64,000 nt of DNA from an uncultured Solirubrobacterales bacterium (GTDB lineage: Bacteria; Actinomycetota; Thermoleophilia; Solirubrobacterales; Solirubrobacteraceae), in the NCBI GenBank assembly GCA_963843915.1, contig CAWJMH010000008.1, forward strand, positions 141,409 to 205,408, read 5' to 3'. The notes beneath the pieces are model-generated. The model searched no databases. It saw nothing but the letters and a program-made list of their open reading frames with translations, and was not told the DNA's origin. Every line of letters begins with the position of its first letter. The first letter of the stretch is position 1. The position numbers were made by a program, and so were the translations under genes. Shown in pieces: positions 21,621 through 29,597 of this stretch.

Positions 21621-22526
21621 GTGGAGGTCACGCTTGAAGGAAAGGTGGCGCTGGTAACCGGCGCCGGTCCGAACATCGGCAGCGGGATCGCGCTGGCGCT
21701 GTCGCGGTACGGCGCGCGCGTCGCGTGCAACGACCTCGATGCCGAGGCGGCGGGGGCGTCGGTGCGGCGGATCGAGCGCCACGGAGGTTCGGCGATGGCG
21801 GCCGTCGGTGACGTGAGCTCCGAGGACGACGTGCTGCGTTACGTCGGCGAGGTGCTCGATGCGTGGGGACGGATCGACATCCTGATCAACAACGCCGCCG
21901 TGCTCGGCGGCCGGGGAGTGCTCGAGGAGAGCCTCGAGTTCTGGAACCGGGCGATCTCGGTCGCCGGCGCCGGCACGTTCCTGAACACCAAGCACGTCGC
22001 GATCTCGATGATCGAGCGCGAGATCAAGGGCGCCGTCGTGAACATCCTGTCCTCGAACGCCTGGCAGGGCTGCGCCGGCGTGATCGCCTACGCGTTCCAC
22101 AAGGGCGGGCTGGCGAACTTCACGCGCGCGGCCGCGATGGACCTGGCGCCGTACGGGATCCGCGTGAACTCGTATTCGCCGACGGCGCCGCGGCCCGACA
22201 ACCCGGAGCTGCTCGCTTCGTTCGCCGAGACTGGCGGCATGCGGGTCCGGCCAGGGACGAACGCCGAGCACCCGAGCTGGTGGCGCGACACGGGAAAGAT
22301 CGACGTGCGCGCCAACATGCCGATGGCGCCGTCGACGCCGACCGACATCGGCCACTGCGTGGCATGGCTGTGCTCGGACTACGCGCGGCTGATCACCGGA
22401 TGTGACTTCGTGATCGACGGCGGGGCGCGAGCCAAGTACTGGGGGTACACGCCGGCCGCGGAGAAGGCCGAGCCGATACCACTGATCCCGCTGTACGAGG
22501 ACGAGACAATGCCGGGAGGGTTTTGA
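21621..22526 (+). CDS. SDR family oxidoreductase
   Basis: LEGKVALVTGAGPNIG, DILINNA, YAFHK, ITGCDFVIDGG. Confidence 0.9.
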   Translation: MEVTLEGKVALVTGAGPNIGSGIALALSRYGARVACNDLDAEAAGASVRRIERHGGSAMAAVGDVSSEDDVLRYVGEVLDAWGRIDILINNAAVLGGRGVLEESLEFWNRAISVAGAGTFLNTKHVAISMIEREIKGAVVNILSSNAWQGCAGVIAYAFHKGGLANFTRAAAMDLAPYGIRVNSYSPTAPRPDNPELLASFAETGGMRVRPGTNAEHPSWWRDTGKIDVRANMPMAPSTPTDIGHCVAWLCSDYARLITGCDFVIDGGARAKYWGYTPAAEKAEPIPLIPLYEDETMPGGF

Positions 22527-23656
22527 TGGTTCGAGGCGCCGTACAGACAGGACCGTTGGCGTACGAGATCCGTGAGTTCGACAGGCCTTCGATCGGCCCG
22601 GATGAAGGATTGCTGCGCGTCGAAGCCTGCGGCGTGTGCGGGAGCGACGTGGAGCAGTACCGTGGCCACCTGGTGCGTCCCGGGATGTTCCCGCTGATCC
22701 CTGGGCACGAGCCGCTGGGTGTGGTCGATGAGGTGGGCGAACGGGCGGCGGAACGCTGGGGCGTTCAGGTGGGCGACCGCGTAGCCGTGGAGATCCTCCG
22801 GCCGTGCCACGCGTGCGACTACTGCCTCACCGGCCGGTACATGTCATGTCCGAATCGCGACGGCGCCTACGGCATGACTCCACTGTCGCGCGAGCCGGCG
22901 TTGTGGGGTGGGTTTGCCGACTACCTCTACCTGCATCCGTGGGCGATCCTGCACAAGGTCCGGCGCGATCTGCCGGCCGAGCTCGCGGTGATGTTCAACC
23001 CGCTCGGGGCAGGGGTGCGCTGGGCCGCGATGCTCGGTGAGGTCGGCCTCGGAGAGACCGTGCTGATCCTGGGGCCCGGGCAGCGGGGCCTCACCTCGGT
23101 TATCGCCGCGCGGGCGCGCGGGGCGGGGACGATCATCGTGACCGGTCTGACGCGCGACGAGCACAAGCTCGCACTCGCCCGTGAGTTCGGAGCCGATCAC
23201 ACGATCAATGTCGAATCGGAGGACGTTGTGGAGCGGGTGCGCGAGATCACCGACGGCGCGATGGCAGACGTCGTGCTCGAGCTCACGCCGATCGCCGATC
23301 AGCCGATCCGCGATGCGATCGAGTGCGTGAAACACAGCGGCCGGATCGTGCTCGCGGGGCTGAAGGGCGGCAAGTCCGTGGAGCTCGTCACTGACCGCCT
23401 GATCAACAAGGGCGTGACGCTCCGGGGCGCGTTCGGCGTCAACGCGGACGCGTACATCGAGGCGATCCGGATCATCGAGTCCGGGCGTTTCCCGCTCGAG
23501 AAAATGGCCTCGGGGACGTTCGAGCTGGCCGACACCGAGGCTGCGATCCAGGCACTCGCCGACGGAAACGCGATCCATACTTGCGTTTGCCCGGATGGCG
23601 GCTCGCCAGTGGCCGCCGTCGCCGCGAGCCGAGAGGAGGCAGTCGATGCTGGTTGA
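22526..23656 (+). CDS. Zinc-binding alcohol dehydrogenase (MDR family)
   Basis: CGVCGSD, GHE, CHACDYCLTGRYMSC structural Zn site, GPGQRG. Confidence 0.93.
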   Translation: MVRGAVQTGPLAYEIREFDRPSIGPDEGLLRVEACGVCGSDVEQYRGHLVRPGMFPLIPGHEPLGVVDEVGERAAERWGVQVGDRVAVEILRPCHACDYCLTGRYMSCPNRDGAYGMTPLSREPALWGGFADYLYLHPWAILHKVRRDLPAELAVMFNPLGAGVRWAAMLGEVGLGETVLILGPGQRGLTSVIAARARGAGTIIVTGLTRDEHKLALAREFGADHTINVESEDVVERVREITDGAMADVVLELTPIADQPIRDAIECVKHSGRIVLAGLKGGKSVELVTDRLINKGVTLRGAFGVNADAYIEAIRIIESGRFPLEKMASGTFELADTEAAIQALADGNAIHTCVCPDGGSPVAAVAASREEAVDAG

Positions 23657-24707
23657 CATGCACGCCCACGTGATCCCGGGCGCGCTCGAAGCAGTCGGCT
23701 CGTCCGAGGACCACCGGGGGCCGCGGATCGGACCGTGCGACGACCCGCACGCCCGGCTGCTCGAGAACGACCGGGGGATGCAGTTCAAGGCCTCTGACGC
23801 GTTCTATTCGGCCGAGCGCCGGCTCGAGGAGCAGGATCGCAGCGGGGTCGACGCCGAGATCGTCTCCCCGATGCCACCGCTGCTCGACTACGGCCTAGCC
23901 GGTCCCGAGGGCCTGGAGCTGTCACGGCGGGTCAACGAGTTCATCGCGTCGCTGTGCGACGCCGACCCGCAGCGGTTGCTCGGGATGTCGATGGTGCCGA
24001 TGCAGGCACCCGAGCTGGCGACCGCGGAGCTGGCGCGGATCAAGGACATGGGGCTGGTGGCGGTCGAGATCACCTCGAACGTGCTCGGCCGTTCGCTACA
24101 CGAAGACGAGTTCGCGGAGTTCTGGGCCGAGGCCGAGCGCCTCGAGATGCCGATCTTCGTACACGGGATGCCGTCGGACCTCGGCGGGCGCGTGCCGCCG
24201 GGACTCGTGCCCGTGGCCGGGTTCGCGGTCGGAGCCGACTGCGCGCTGGCGGCGACCGCGATCATCAGCGGCGGCGTGGCCGAGAAGCATCCGGCGCTGC
24301 GCCTCGCGTTCAGCCACGGCGCCGGCGGGTTCCCATGCATGCTTCCGCGCGCGAACTACTTCTGGGGAAAGACGTGGAACGAGGAGCCGTCGGATGTGGG
24401 CGAGGGCGTGTCCCCGGCGGAGCTCGCGAAGCGCTTCTACTACGACGGCCTGGTGATGGATCGGCGCACGCTGCGCCACCTGATCGAGATGATGGGCCAC
24501 ACGCAGGTGCTGGTCGGGTCGGACTTCCCGGCGATGCCGCGCGAGGATCCGTGCGCGCGCACGCTGCGCTCGCTCGAGCTGGCGCCTGACGTGCTCGAGG
24601 ACATCACCTGGCACAACGCCTTCCGCTTCCTCGGCATCGACGCGCCGTCGGACCTCGCCGCCGCGGGCGCAGCGGGAGCCACGTCAACGACAGGAGTGAC
24701 ACAGTGA
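23646..24707 (+). CDS. Amidohydrolase_2 family protein (ACMSD-like decarboxylase/hydrolase)
   Basis: DMHAH, IFVHG, FSHGAG, GSDFP, NAFRFL. Confidence 0.88.
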   Translation: MLVDMHAHVIPGALEAVGSSEDHRGPRIGPCDDPHARLLENDRGMQFKASDAFYSAERRLEEQDRSGVDAEIVSPMPPLLDYGLAGPEGLELSRRVNEFIASLCDADPQRLLGMSMVPMQAPELATAELARIKDMGLVAVEITSNVLGRSLHEDEFAEFWAEAERLEMPIFVHGMPSDLGGRVPPGLVPVAGFAVGADCALAATAIISGGVAEKHPALRLAFSHGAGGFPCMLPRANYFWGKTWNEEPSDVGEGVSPAELAKRFYYDGLVMDRRTLRHLIEMMGHTQVLVGSDFPAMPREDPCARTLRSLELAPDVLEDITWHNAFRFLGIDAPSDLAAAGAAGATSTTGVTQ

Positions 24708-25810
24708 AGACACGCGCCGCAGTGGTCAGAGGAGCCGGGCAGCGCTGGGAGGTGACCGAGCTCGATCTCGACGAGCCCAAGGAACACGAGGTACTCGTGC
24801 GGGTGATGGTCTGCGGGCTGTGTCACTCCGACGAGCACGTCCGCGAGGGAGGCCCGTACCGCTACCCGATGGTCGGCGGACACGAGGGAGCGGGCGTGGT
24901 CGAGAAGGTCGGCCCGTCGGTGACGCGCGTGCGAGAGGGCGATCACATCTGTACCTCGTGGATCCCCGTGTGCGGTCACTGCCGCTACTGCTCGACCGGT
25001 CACCAGAACATGTGCAACGACGGCCTGAACGCCGGCACGGGAATGTTCCTCGACGGCACGTTCCGCTTTCACGAGGACGGCGAGGACGTCGGCGGGATGT
25101 GCGTGCTCGGGACGTTCTCGCAATGGATGGTGATCCCCGAGAACTCGTGCGTCCCGATCGACGAGGATCTGCCGTTCGAGGTCGCGGCGCTCGTGGCGTG
25201 CGGGGTGACGACCGGCTGGGGCTCGGCCGTGTACGCCGCGGGCACGCGCGCGGGGGAGACCGTCGTGATCTTCGGCACCGGTGGCGTGGGGATGAACGCC
25301 GTACAGGGGGCGGCCTACGCCGGTGCCAAGAACGTGATCGCGGTGGATCCGAACCCGTTCAAGCAGGAGATGGCGGGCAAGTTCGGCGCGACGTTCACGA
25401 CCGGCGATCCCGAGGAGGCCAAGCAGAAGGTGTGGGAGCTGACCCACGGCGAGATGGCCGACCACGCGGTGATCACGGTGGGCGTGATGCACGCCGAAGT
25501 GCTGCGCACCGCGGTCGACATGATCGGGAAGGGCGGCAGCGTCGTTGTCACCGCGGTCGGTGGCGAGGGCGACACGATCGCGATCCACGGCTCGCCGGTG
25601 ACCGGCTGGCACAAGAACATCCAGGGGTCGCTGTTCGGTGGCGCGAACCCGCTCTACGACATGCCGCGCCTGCTCGACCTGTACAAGAACGGCGACCTGA
25701 AGCTCGACGAGCTGATCACGAACCGCTACACGCTCGACCAGATCAACGAGGGCTACGAGGACATGCTGAGCGGCAAGAACATCCGCGGCGTATTGATCCA
25801 TGAGCACTAG
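24704..25810 (+). CDS. NDMA-dependent (nicotinoprotein) Zn alcohol dehydrogenase, Rxyl_3153-like mycofactocin-associated family, copy 1
   Basis: KTRAAV..LDLDEPKEHEVLV..GLCHSDEH, GGHEGAG, CGHCRYCSTGHQNMC, CGVTTGWGSA, GGVGMNAVQGA, GKNIRGV. Confidence 0.9.
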   Translation: MKTRAAVVRGAGQRWEVTELDLDEPKEHEVLVRVMVCGLCHSDEHVREGGPYRYPMVGGHEGAGVVEKVGPSVTRVREGDHICTSWIPVCGHCRYCSTGHQNMCNDGLNAGTGMFLDGTFRFHEDGEDVGGMCVLGTFSQWMVIPENSCVPIDEDLPFEVAALVACGVTTGWGSAVYAAGTRAGETVVIFGTGGVGMNAVQGAAYAGAKNVIAVDPNPFKQEMAGKFGATFTTGDPEEAKQKVWELTHGEMADHAVITVGVMHAEVLRTAVDMIGKGGSVVVTAVGGEGDTIAIHGSPVTGWHKNIQGSLFGGANPLYDMPRLLDLYKNGDLKLDELITNRYTLDQINEGYEDMLSGKNIRGVLIHEH

Positions 25811-25816
25811 GCACCC

Positions 25817-25859
25817 GCTTGGGAAGAAACGTCGACATGTTGGATGTTTCTTCCCAAGC
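25817..25859 (+). other. 17-bp intergenic RNA hairpin just upstream of the selenoprotein RBS
   Basis: GCTTGGGAAGAAACGTC-9nt-GATGTTTCTTCCCAAGC (16 Watson-Crick pairs plus one G.U); no U-tract; RBS GAGGAGG follows. Confidence 0.75.
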
Positions 25860-25880
25860 CGCTGACGAGGAGGTTTGACG

Positions 25881-26423
25881 ATGACCAGCGCGATTCTGGA
25901 TCCGACCGGATTGTCCGGTAAAACGACTACGGTTGGTCTGGCGCTCGCACCGCGCCGCGCCGACCTCGCCGGCGCCACCGTGGGCCTGCTCGAGAACGGC
26001 AAGCAGAACGCGCGCCGGTTCCTCGAGGACGTCGCCGACATCCTGCGCGAGCGCTACGGCGCCGGCGAGGCCAGGCTCCGGCGCAAGGAGAACTTCGCCC
26101 AGCCGGCGCCGGCGGAGCTGATCGACCAGCTGAGCGCGGAATCGGACCTGGTGGTGATAGGCATTGGCGATTGAGGCTCGTGCAGCGCGTCGGCGGTCGC
26201 CGACGGAGTCCTCTTCGAGCGTCACGGCACACCGGCAGTGGTGATCTGCTCAGACGCGTTCAAGGCCACGGGTGACGCGATGGCCGAGATCCAGGGAGCG
26301 CCCGGGTACCGGTACCTGACCACGCCGCACCCGGTGGCGGGACTGACGCCGGACCAGGTACGCGAGCGGGCGGAGGCGGTTGCCGGCGAGGTGGCGGCGT
26401 TGCTCATGGAGGACGGCGGCTGA
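25881..26423 (+). CDS. UGSC-motif selenoprotein (Sec at TGA 26172-26174), 180 aa
   Basis: ORFs 25875..26174 and 26238..26423 are in one frame, separated only by the TGA; read-through gives LVVIGIGD-U-GSCSASAVADGVLFERHGTPAVVICSDAF..PHPVAG; UxxC motif; SECIS-like hairpin immediately 3'. Confidence 0.9.
26175..26210 (+). promoter_or_regulatory. Putative bacterial SECIS element
   Basis: Upper stem CGTCGGC(26188-26194)/GCCGACG(26199-26205) with apical loop GGUC starting 20 nt after UGA; lower stem GGCUC/GAGUC; matches the general bacterial SECIS pattern of a G-containing small loop a short distance after UGA. Confidence 0.7.
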
Positions 26424-27553
26424 TGGCGGACGAGCCCGATCCGGACGTCGGCCGCGCCGGCGAGCCCGACCCGGACGTCGCCCGCGAGGCGATCGAGTAC
26501 TGCTACGAGCAGGGCTGGACCGACGGGCTGCCGGTGGTCCCGGTTTCAGAGTCGCTGCTCGATCAGTTCCTCGCCCGCACCAGCCGGTCGCCCGAGGAGG
26601 TGCTGTGGCGGATGGATCACCTCGGTCGGGAGTGCACGGTCCAGACCGCGGCGATCAACGCCGCGATGGCCGGCTGCCTGCCCGAGTACTTCCCGCTGGT
26701 GCTCGCCGCGTGGGATGCGGTCATGAACGATCGGGCGGCGAAGGGCGGCGGCTGGCAGAGCACGAGCGGGCCGGCGCCGCTGATCGTCGTCAACGGCCCG
26801 ATCCGCCACGAGCTCGGATTCAACTGCACGGGCGGGATCTTCGCCGCGGGCTTCCGGCCCAACGCCACGATCCCGCGGGCGCTCGGGTTGATGCTGCGCA
26901 ATGCGTTCGGCGTCGCCCCACACGTGTTCGACCAGACGACCCAGGGGATCCCGGGCCGGTGGGCGATCTGCTTCGGGGAGAACGAGGAGGAGAGCCCGTG
27001 GGAGCCGCTGGCGACCGAGATGGGCGTCGAGCCCGGCGCCGACGCGGTGTCGTGCACGCTCACGCGCACATACGAGTTCGTCGACAACCGCCACACGCAG
27101 AACCCCGAGCACCTGCTGTGGGACTTCGCCGACACGATCTCGCGGACCGGGGTGATGATCTTCCGCGCCCAGTCGGCCGGGATCGTGTTCTGCCCCGAGC
27201 ACGCCCAGATGCTGGCGAACGCCGGTTATTCGAAGGTCGACGTCAAGGACTGGCTGATCGAGCACTGCGGGCGGCCCGAGGCCGACCTGCGGCGCGCCGG
27301 GAAGGACGCGGTGTCCGAGGGCGGCTTCGGCAGCCGGTCGGCCGGCGAGGAGGAACGGGTCCCCGGGGACGTGTTCACGCCGTTCCTGCCGAGCCGTGCG
27401 TCGGTCCCGATCATCGTCGCCGGCGCGCGCAACGCGGCGATCTCGATGGTGTTCCGCGTGTTCGGCGAGTGGTCCAACAGCTCGGTTCAGGTCGAGCCGG
27501 CGCGGACGGCGGTGGCGGCGGTGACCTCATCCGAGTCCCAAGGGAGGCCCTAG
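26423..27553 (+). CDS. Uncharacterised UGSC-partner protein (GWTDGLP family)
   Basis: 376 aa; start overlaps the selenoprotein stop (TGATG); GWTDGLPVVP, AINAAMAGC, VNGP, GFRPNATI, FGENEEESPWEPL, IIVAG. Confidence 0.85.
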   Translation: MADEPDPDVGRAGEPDPDVAREAIEYCYEQGWTDGLPVVPVSESLLDQFLARTSRSPEEVLWRMDHLGRECTVQTAAINAAMAGCLPEYFPLVLAAWDAVMNDRAAKGGGWQSTSGPAPLIVVNGPIRHELGFNCTGGIFAAGFRPNATIPRALGLMLRNAFGVAPHVFDQTTQGIPGRWAICFGENEEESPWEPLATEMGVEPGADAVSCTLTRTYEFVDNRHTQNPEHLLWDFADTISRTGVMIFRAQSAGIVFCPEHAQMLANAGYSKVDVKDWLIEHCGRPEADLRRAGKDAVSEGGFGSRSAGEEERVPGDVFTPFLPSRASVPIIVAGARNAAISMVFRVFGEWSNSSVQVEPARTAVAAVTSSESQGRP

Positions 27554-27555
27554 AG

Positions 27556-27774
27556 ATGTACAGCGAGCAGGGGTTCAAGGACATGCAGACGATGCTGTCG
27601 GCCGATGGCTACGCGCTCGAGGCGCGCGAGGACGGCGAGCGCGTCGTGGTCCAGATCGTCGCGACGCCCGAGGCGTGCGAGGACTGCCTTGCGCCTCCCG
27701 AGGTGATGCGGGCGATCCTCGGCAAGTCGCTGGCGGTGCCGGCCGAGGCGATCGAGCTCCACTATCCCGAATGA
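27556..27774 (+). CDS. Small NifU C-terminal-like CxxC protein (72 aa)
   Basis: MYSEQGFKDMQTMLSADGYALE..VVVQIVATPEACEDCLAP resembles the NifU-C pattern LxADG..V.v.l.GACxxC; RBS GGAGG upstream; hidden at the end of a spurious 464-aa ORF. Confidence 0.7.
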   Translation: MYSEQGFKDMQTMLSADGYALEAREDGERVVVQIVATPEACEDCLAPPEVMRAILGKSLAVPAEAIELHYPE

Positions 27775-27804
27775 GACCGGAGTGACACGAAAGGCGGTGG
27801 CGTC

Positions 27805-28662
27805 ATGACCGGCCGGGTGGCGCTGATCACCGGCTGCGGCAAGCCCGACGGCAGTGGTCAGGCGATCGCACGGACGCTGGCGGCCGACGGCACGGCGGTC
27901 GTCGTGACCGATCGCCGGCCGGCCGGCGTCCCCAACCGCCGGCAGGAGATCGTCGGCTCAGAGCAGCCGGAGTCGTGGAGCGGACTCGACGGCCTCGTCG
28001 CGGAGATCGAGGCGGCGGGCGGCACCGCGATGTCGGCGCTCGGAGACATCGGCGACGAGAACGACGCCAAGGCGATGATCGACGCGGCGCTCGAGCGCTT
28101 CGACCGGCTGGACATCCTGGTCAACAACGCCGCCGCGCCTCAGGGGCTCGATCGCGACGTGATCGACGAGATCCCGATCGAGGTGTTCGATGACGTGATT
28201 CGCATCAACCTGCGCGGCGCCTGGCTGATGTGTCGTACTGCCGTGCCCGCGATGCGCCGCCGGCGGTGGGGGCGGATCATCAACATCTCCTCGATGGCGG
28301 GCGTGATCGGGGCGCCGCGCTCGACCCCGTACTCGGCATCGAAGGCCGGGATCCTCGGGCTGACGCGGGCGCTCGCGATGGACGTGGCCGCGTTCGGTAT
28401 CACGGTCAACGCGATCGCCCCGGGCGCGCTCGACACAAGCCGTTCAGTGCTCAGTCTCGATCCCGACCTCGACGTGCGCGCGGAGATGGAGCAGCGCGGC
28501 CGGCGCCTGCCCGTCGGGCGGGTCGGCCGGCCCGACGACGTCGCCGCGGCTGTGCGCTATCTGGCCGGCGACGGCGCCGAGTTCGTCACCGGCCAGATGC
28601 TCGTCCTCGACGGGGGCGGGCCCGCCCCGTTCCCGTTGCCCCGACCGGAGGAGACCTCGTGA
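27805..28662 (+). CDS. SDR family oxidoreductase with an insertion after the cofactor-binding Asp (mycofactocin-coupled-like)
   Basis: TGCGKPDGSG, TD followed by a roughly 20-aa insertion, NNAA, YSASK, VLDGG. Confidence 0.85.
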   Translation: MTGRVALITGCGKPDGSGQAIARTLAADGTAVVVTDRRPAGVPNRRQEIVGSEQPESWSGLDGLVAEIEAAGGTAMSALGDIGDENDAKAMIDAALERFDRLDILVNNAAAPQGLDRDVIDEIPIEVFDDVIRINLRGAWLMCRTAVPAMRRRRWGRIINISSMAGVIGAPRSTPYSASKAGILGLTRALAMDVAAFGITVNAIAPGALDTSRSVLSLDPDLDVRAEMEQRGRRLPVGRVGRPDDVAAAVRYLAGDGAEFVTGQMLVLDGGGPAPFPLPRPEETS

Positions 28663-29584
28663 AGGTGAGAGTGCTGATGGAGCCGCGCCACGGCGCCACC
28701 TACGACCGCGTCGTCGCGATGGCCAAGGTCACCGAGGAGGCGGGGTTCGACGCGTTCTTCCGCGGCGACCACTATCTCGGGATCGACTCGACCGATCCGG
28801 ACTACCGCCCGACCGACTCGTGGACGACGCTCGCCGGCGTGGCGCTCGAAACCAGCCGGATCAAGCTCGGAACGCTCATGACCGCGGGCACGTTCCGCCC
28901 CCCGCAGTCGTGGCCAACGCCGTGGCCACCGTCGACCAGGTGTCGCGCGGGCGCGTCGTCCTGGGGATCGGCACCGGCTGGTATGAGCGAGAACACAAGG
29001 CGTTCGGCATCCCCTTCCCTCCGATCGGCGAGCGGTTCGATCGCCTGAACGAGGAGATGCAGATCATCTTGGGGTTGTGGACGACGCCGCAGGGCGAGTC
29101 GTTCAGCTTCGACGGCCGCTTCTGGCAACTCGACGAGGCCCGCAACTTCCCGGTGCTCGTGCAGAAGCCGCGGCCCGAGATCGTGATCGGCGGAACCGGC
29201 CCGCGCCGTACGCCGTTGATGGCGGCCCGGTACGCCGACGAGTTCAACAGCGGCGCGGGCCATGGCTGCGCCGAGCGCTTCGCCAACGTACGCGGGGTCT
29301 GCGAGGAGATCGGCAGGGATCCGTCGACGCTGCGGATGTCCGCCACAATGCAGGCGATCTGCGGCACCACCAAGGAAGAGGCCGAGCAGCGGCTGGAGCG
29401 GCTTGGCCCGCCGGGTGCGCGAATGCTGGCCAATGGCGTCGTAGGCACGCCATCCGACCTGGTCGCGGCGCTTGAGCGCCTCGTAGAGGACGGCTGCGAG
29501 ACCGTGTACCTGCACATCTTCGACATCGACGACCTCGACCACCTGCGCCTGATCGGCGCCGAGGTGGTCCCGCAGGTCGCCTGA
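28659..29584 (+). CDS. LLM-class, probably F420-dependent, oxidoreductase (Rv1855c-like), frameshift near 28900
   Basis: EPRHGATY, GFDAFFRGDHY, PTDSWTTLAG..TSRIKLGTL, GIGTGWYEREH, GGTGPRRT..AARYADEFN, DLDHL. Confidence 0.88.
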
Positions 29585-29597
29585 AAGGGGAGAGACG

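Noticed and set aside
26431-26486. EPDPDV repeated twice at the N-terminus of the UGSC partner
   Set aside because: A short 30-bp in-frame duplication in a probably disordered tail, with no sign of an array or function.
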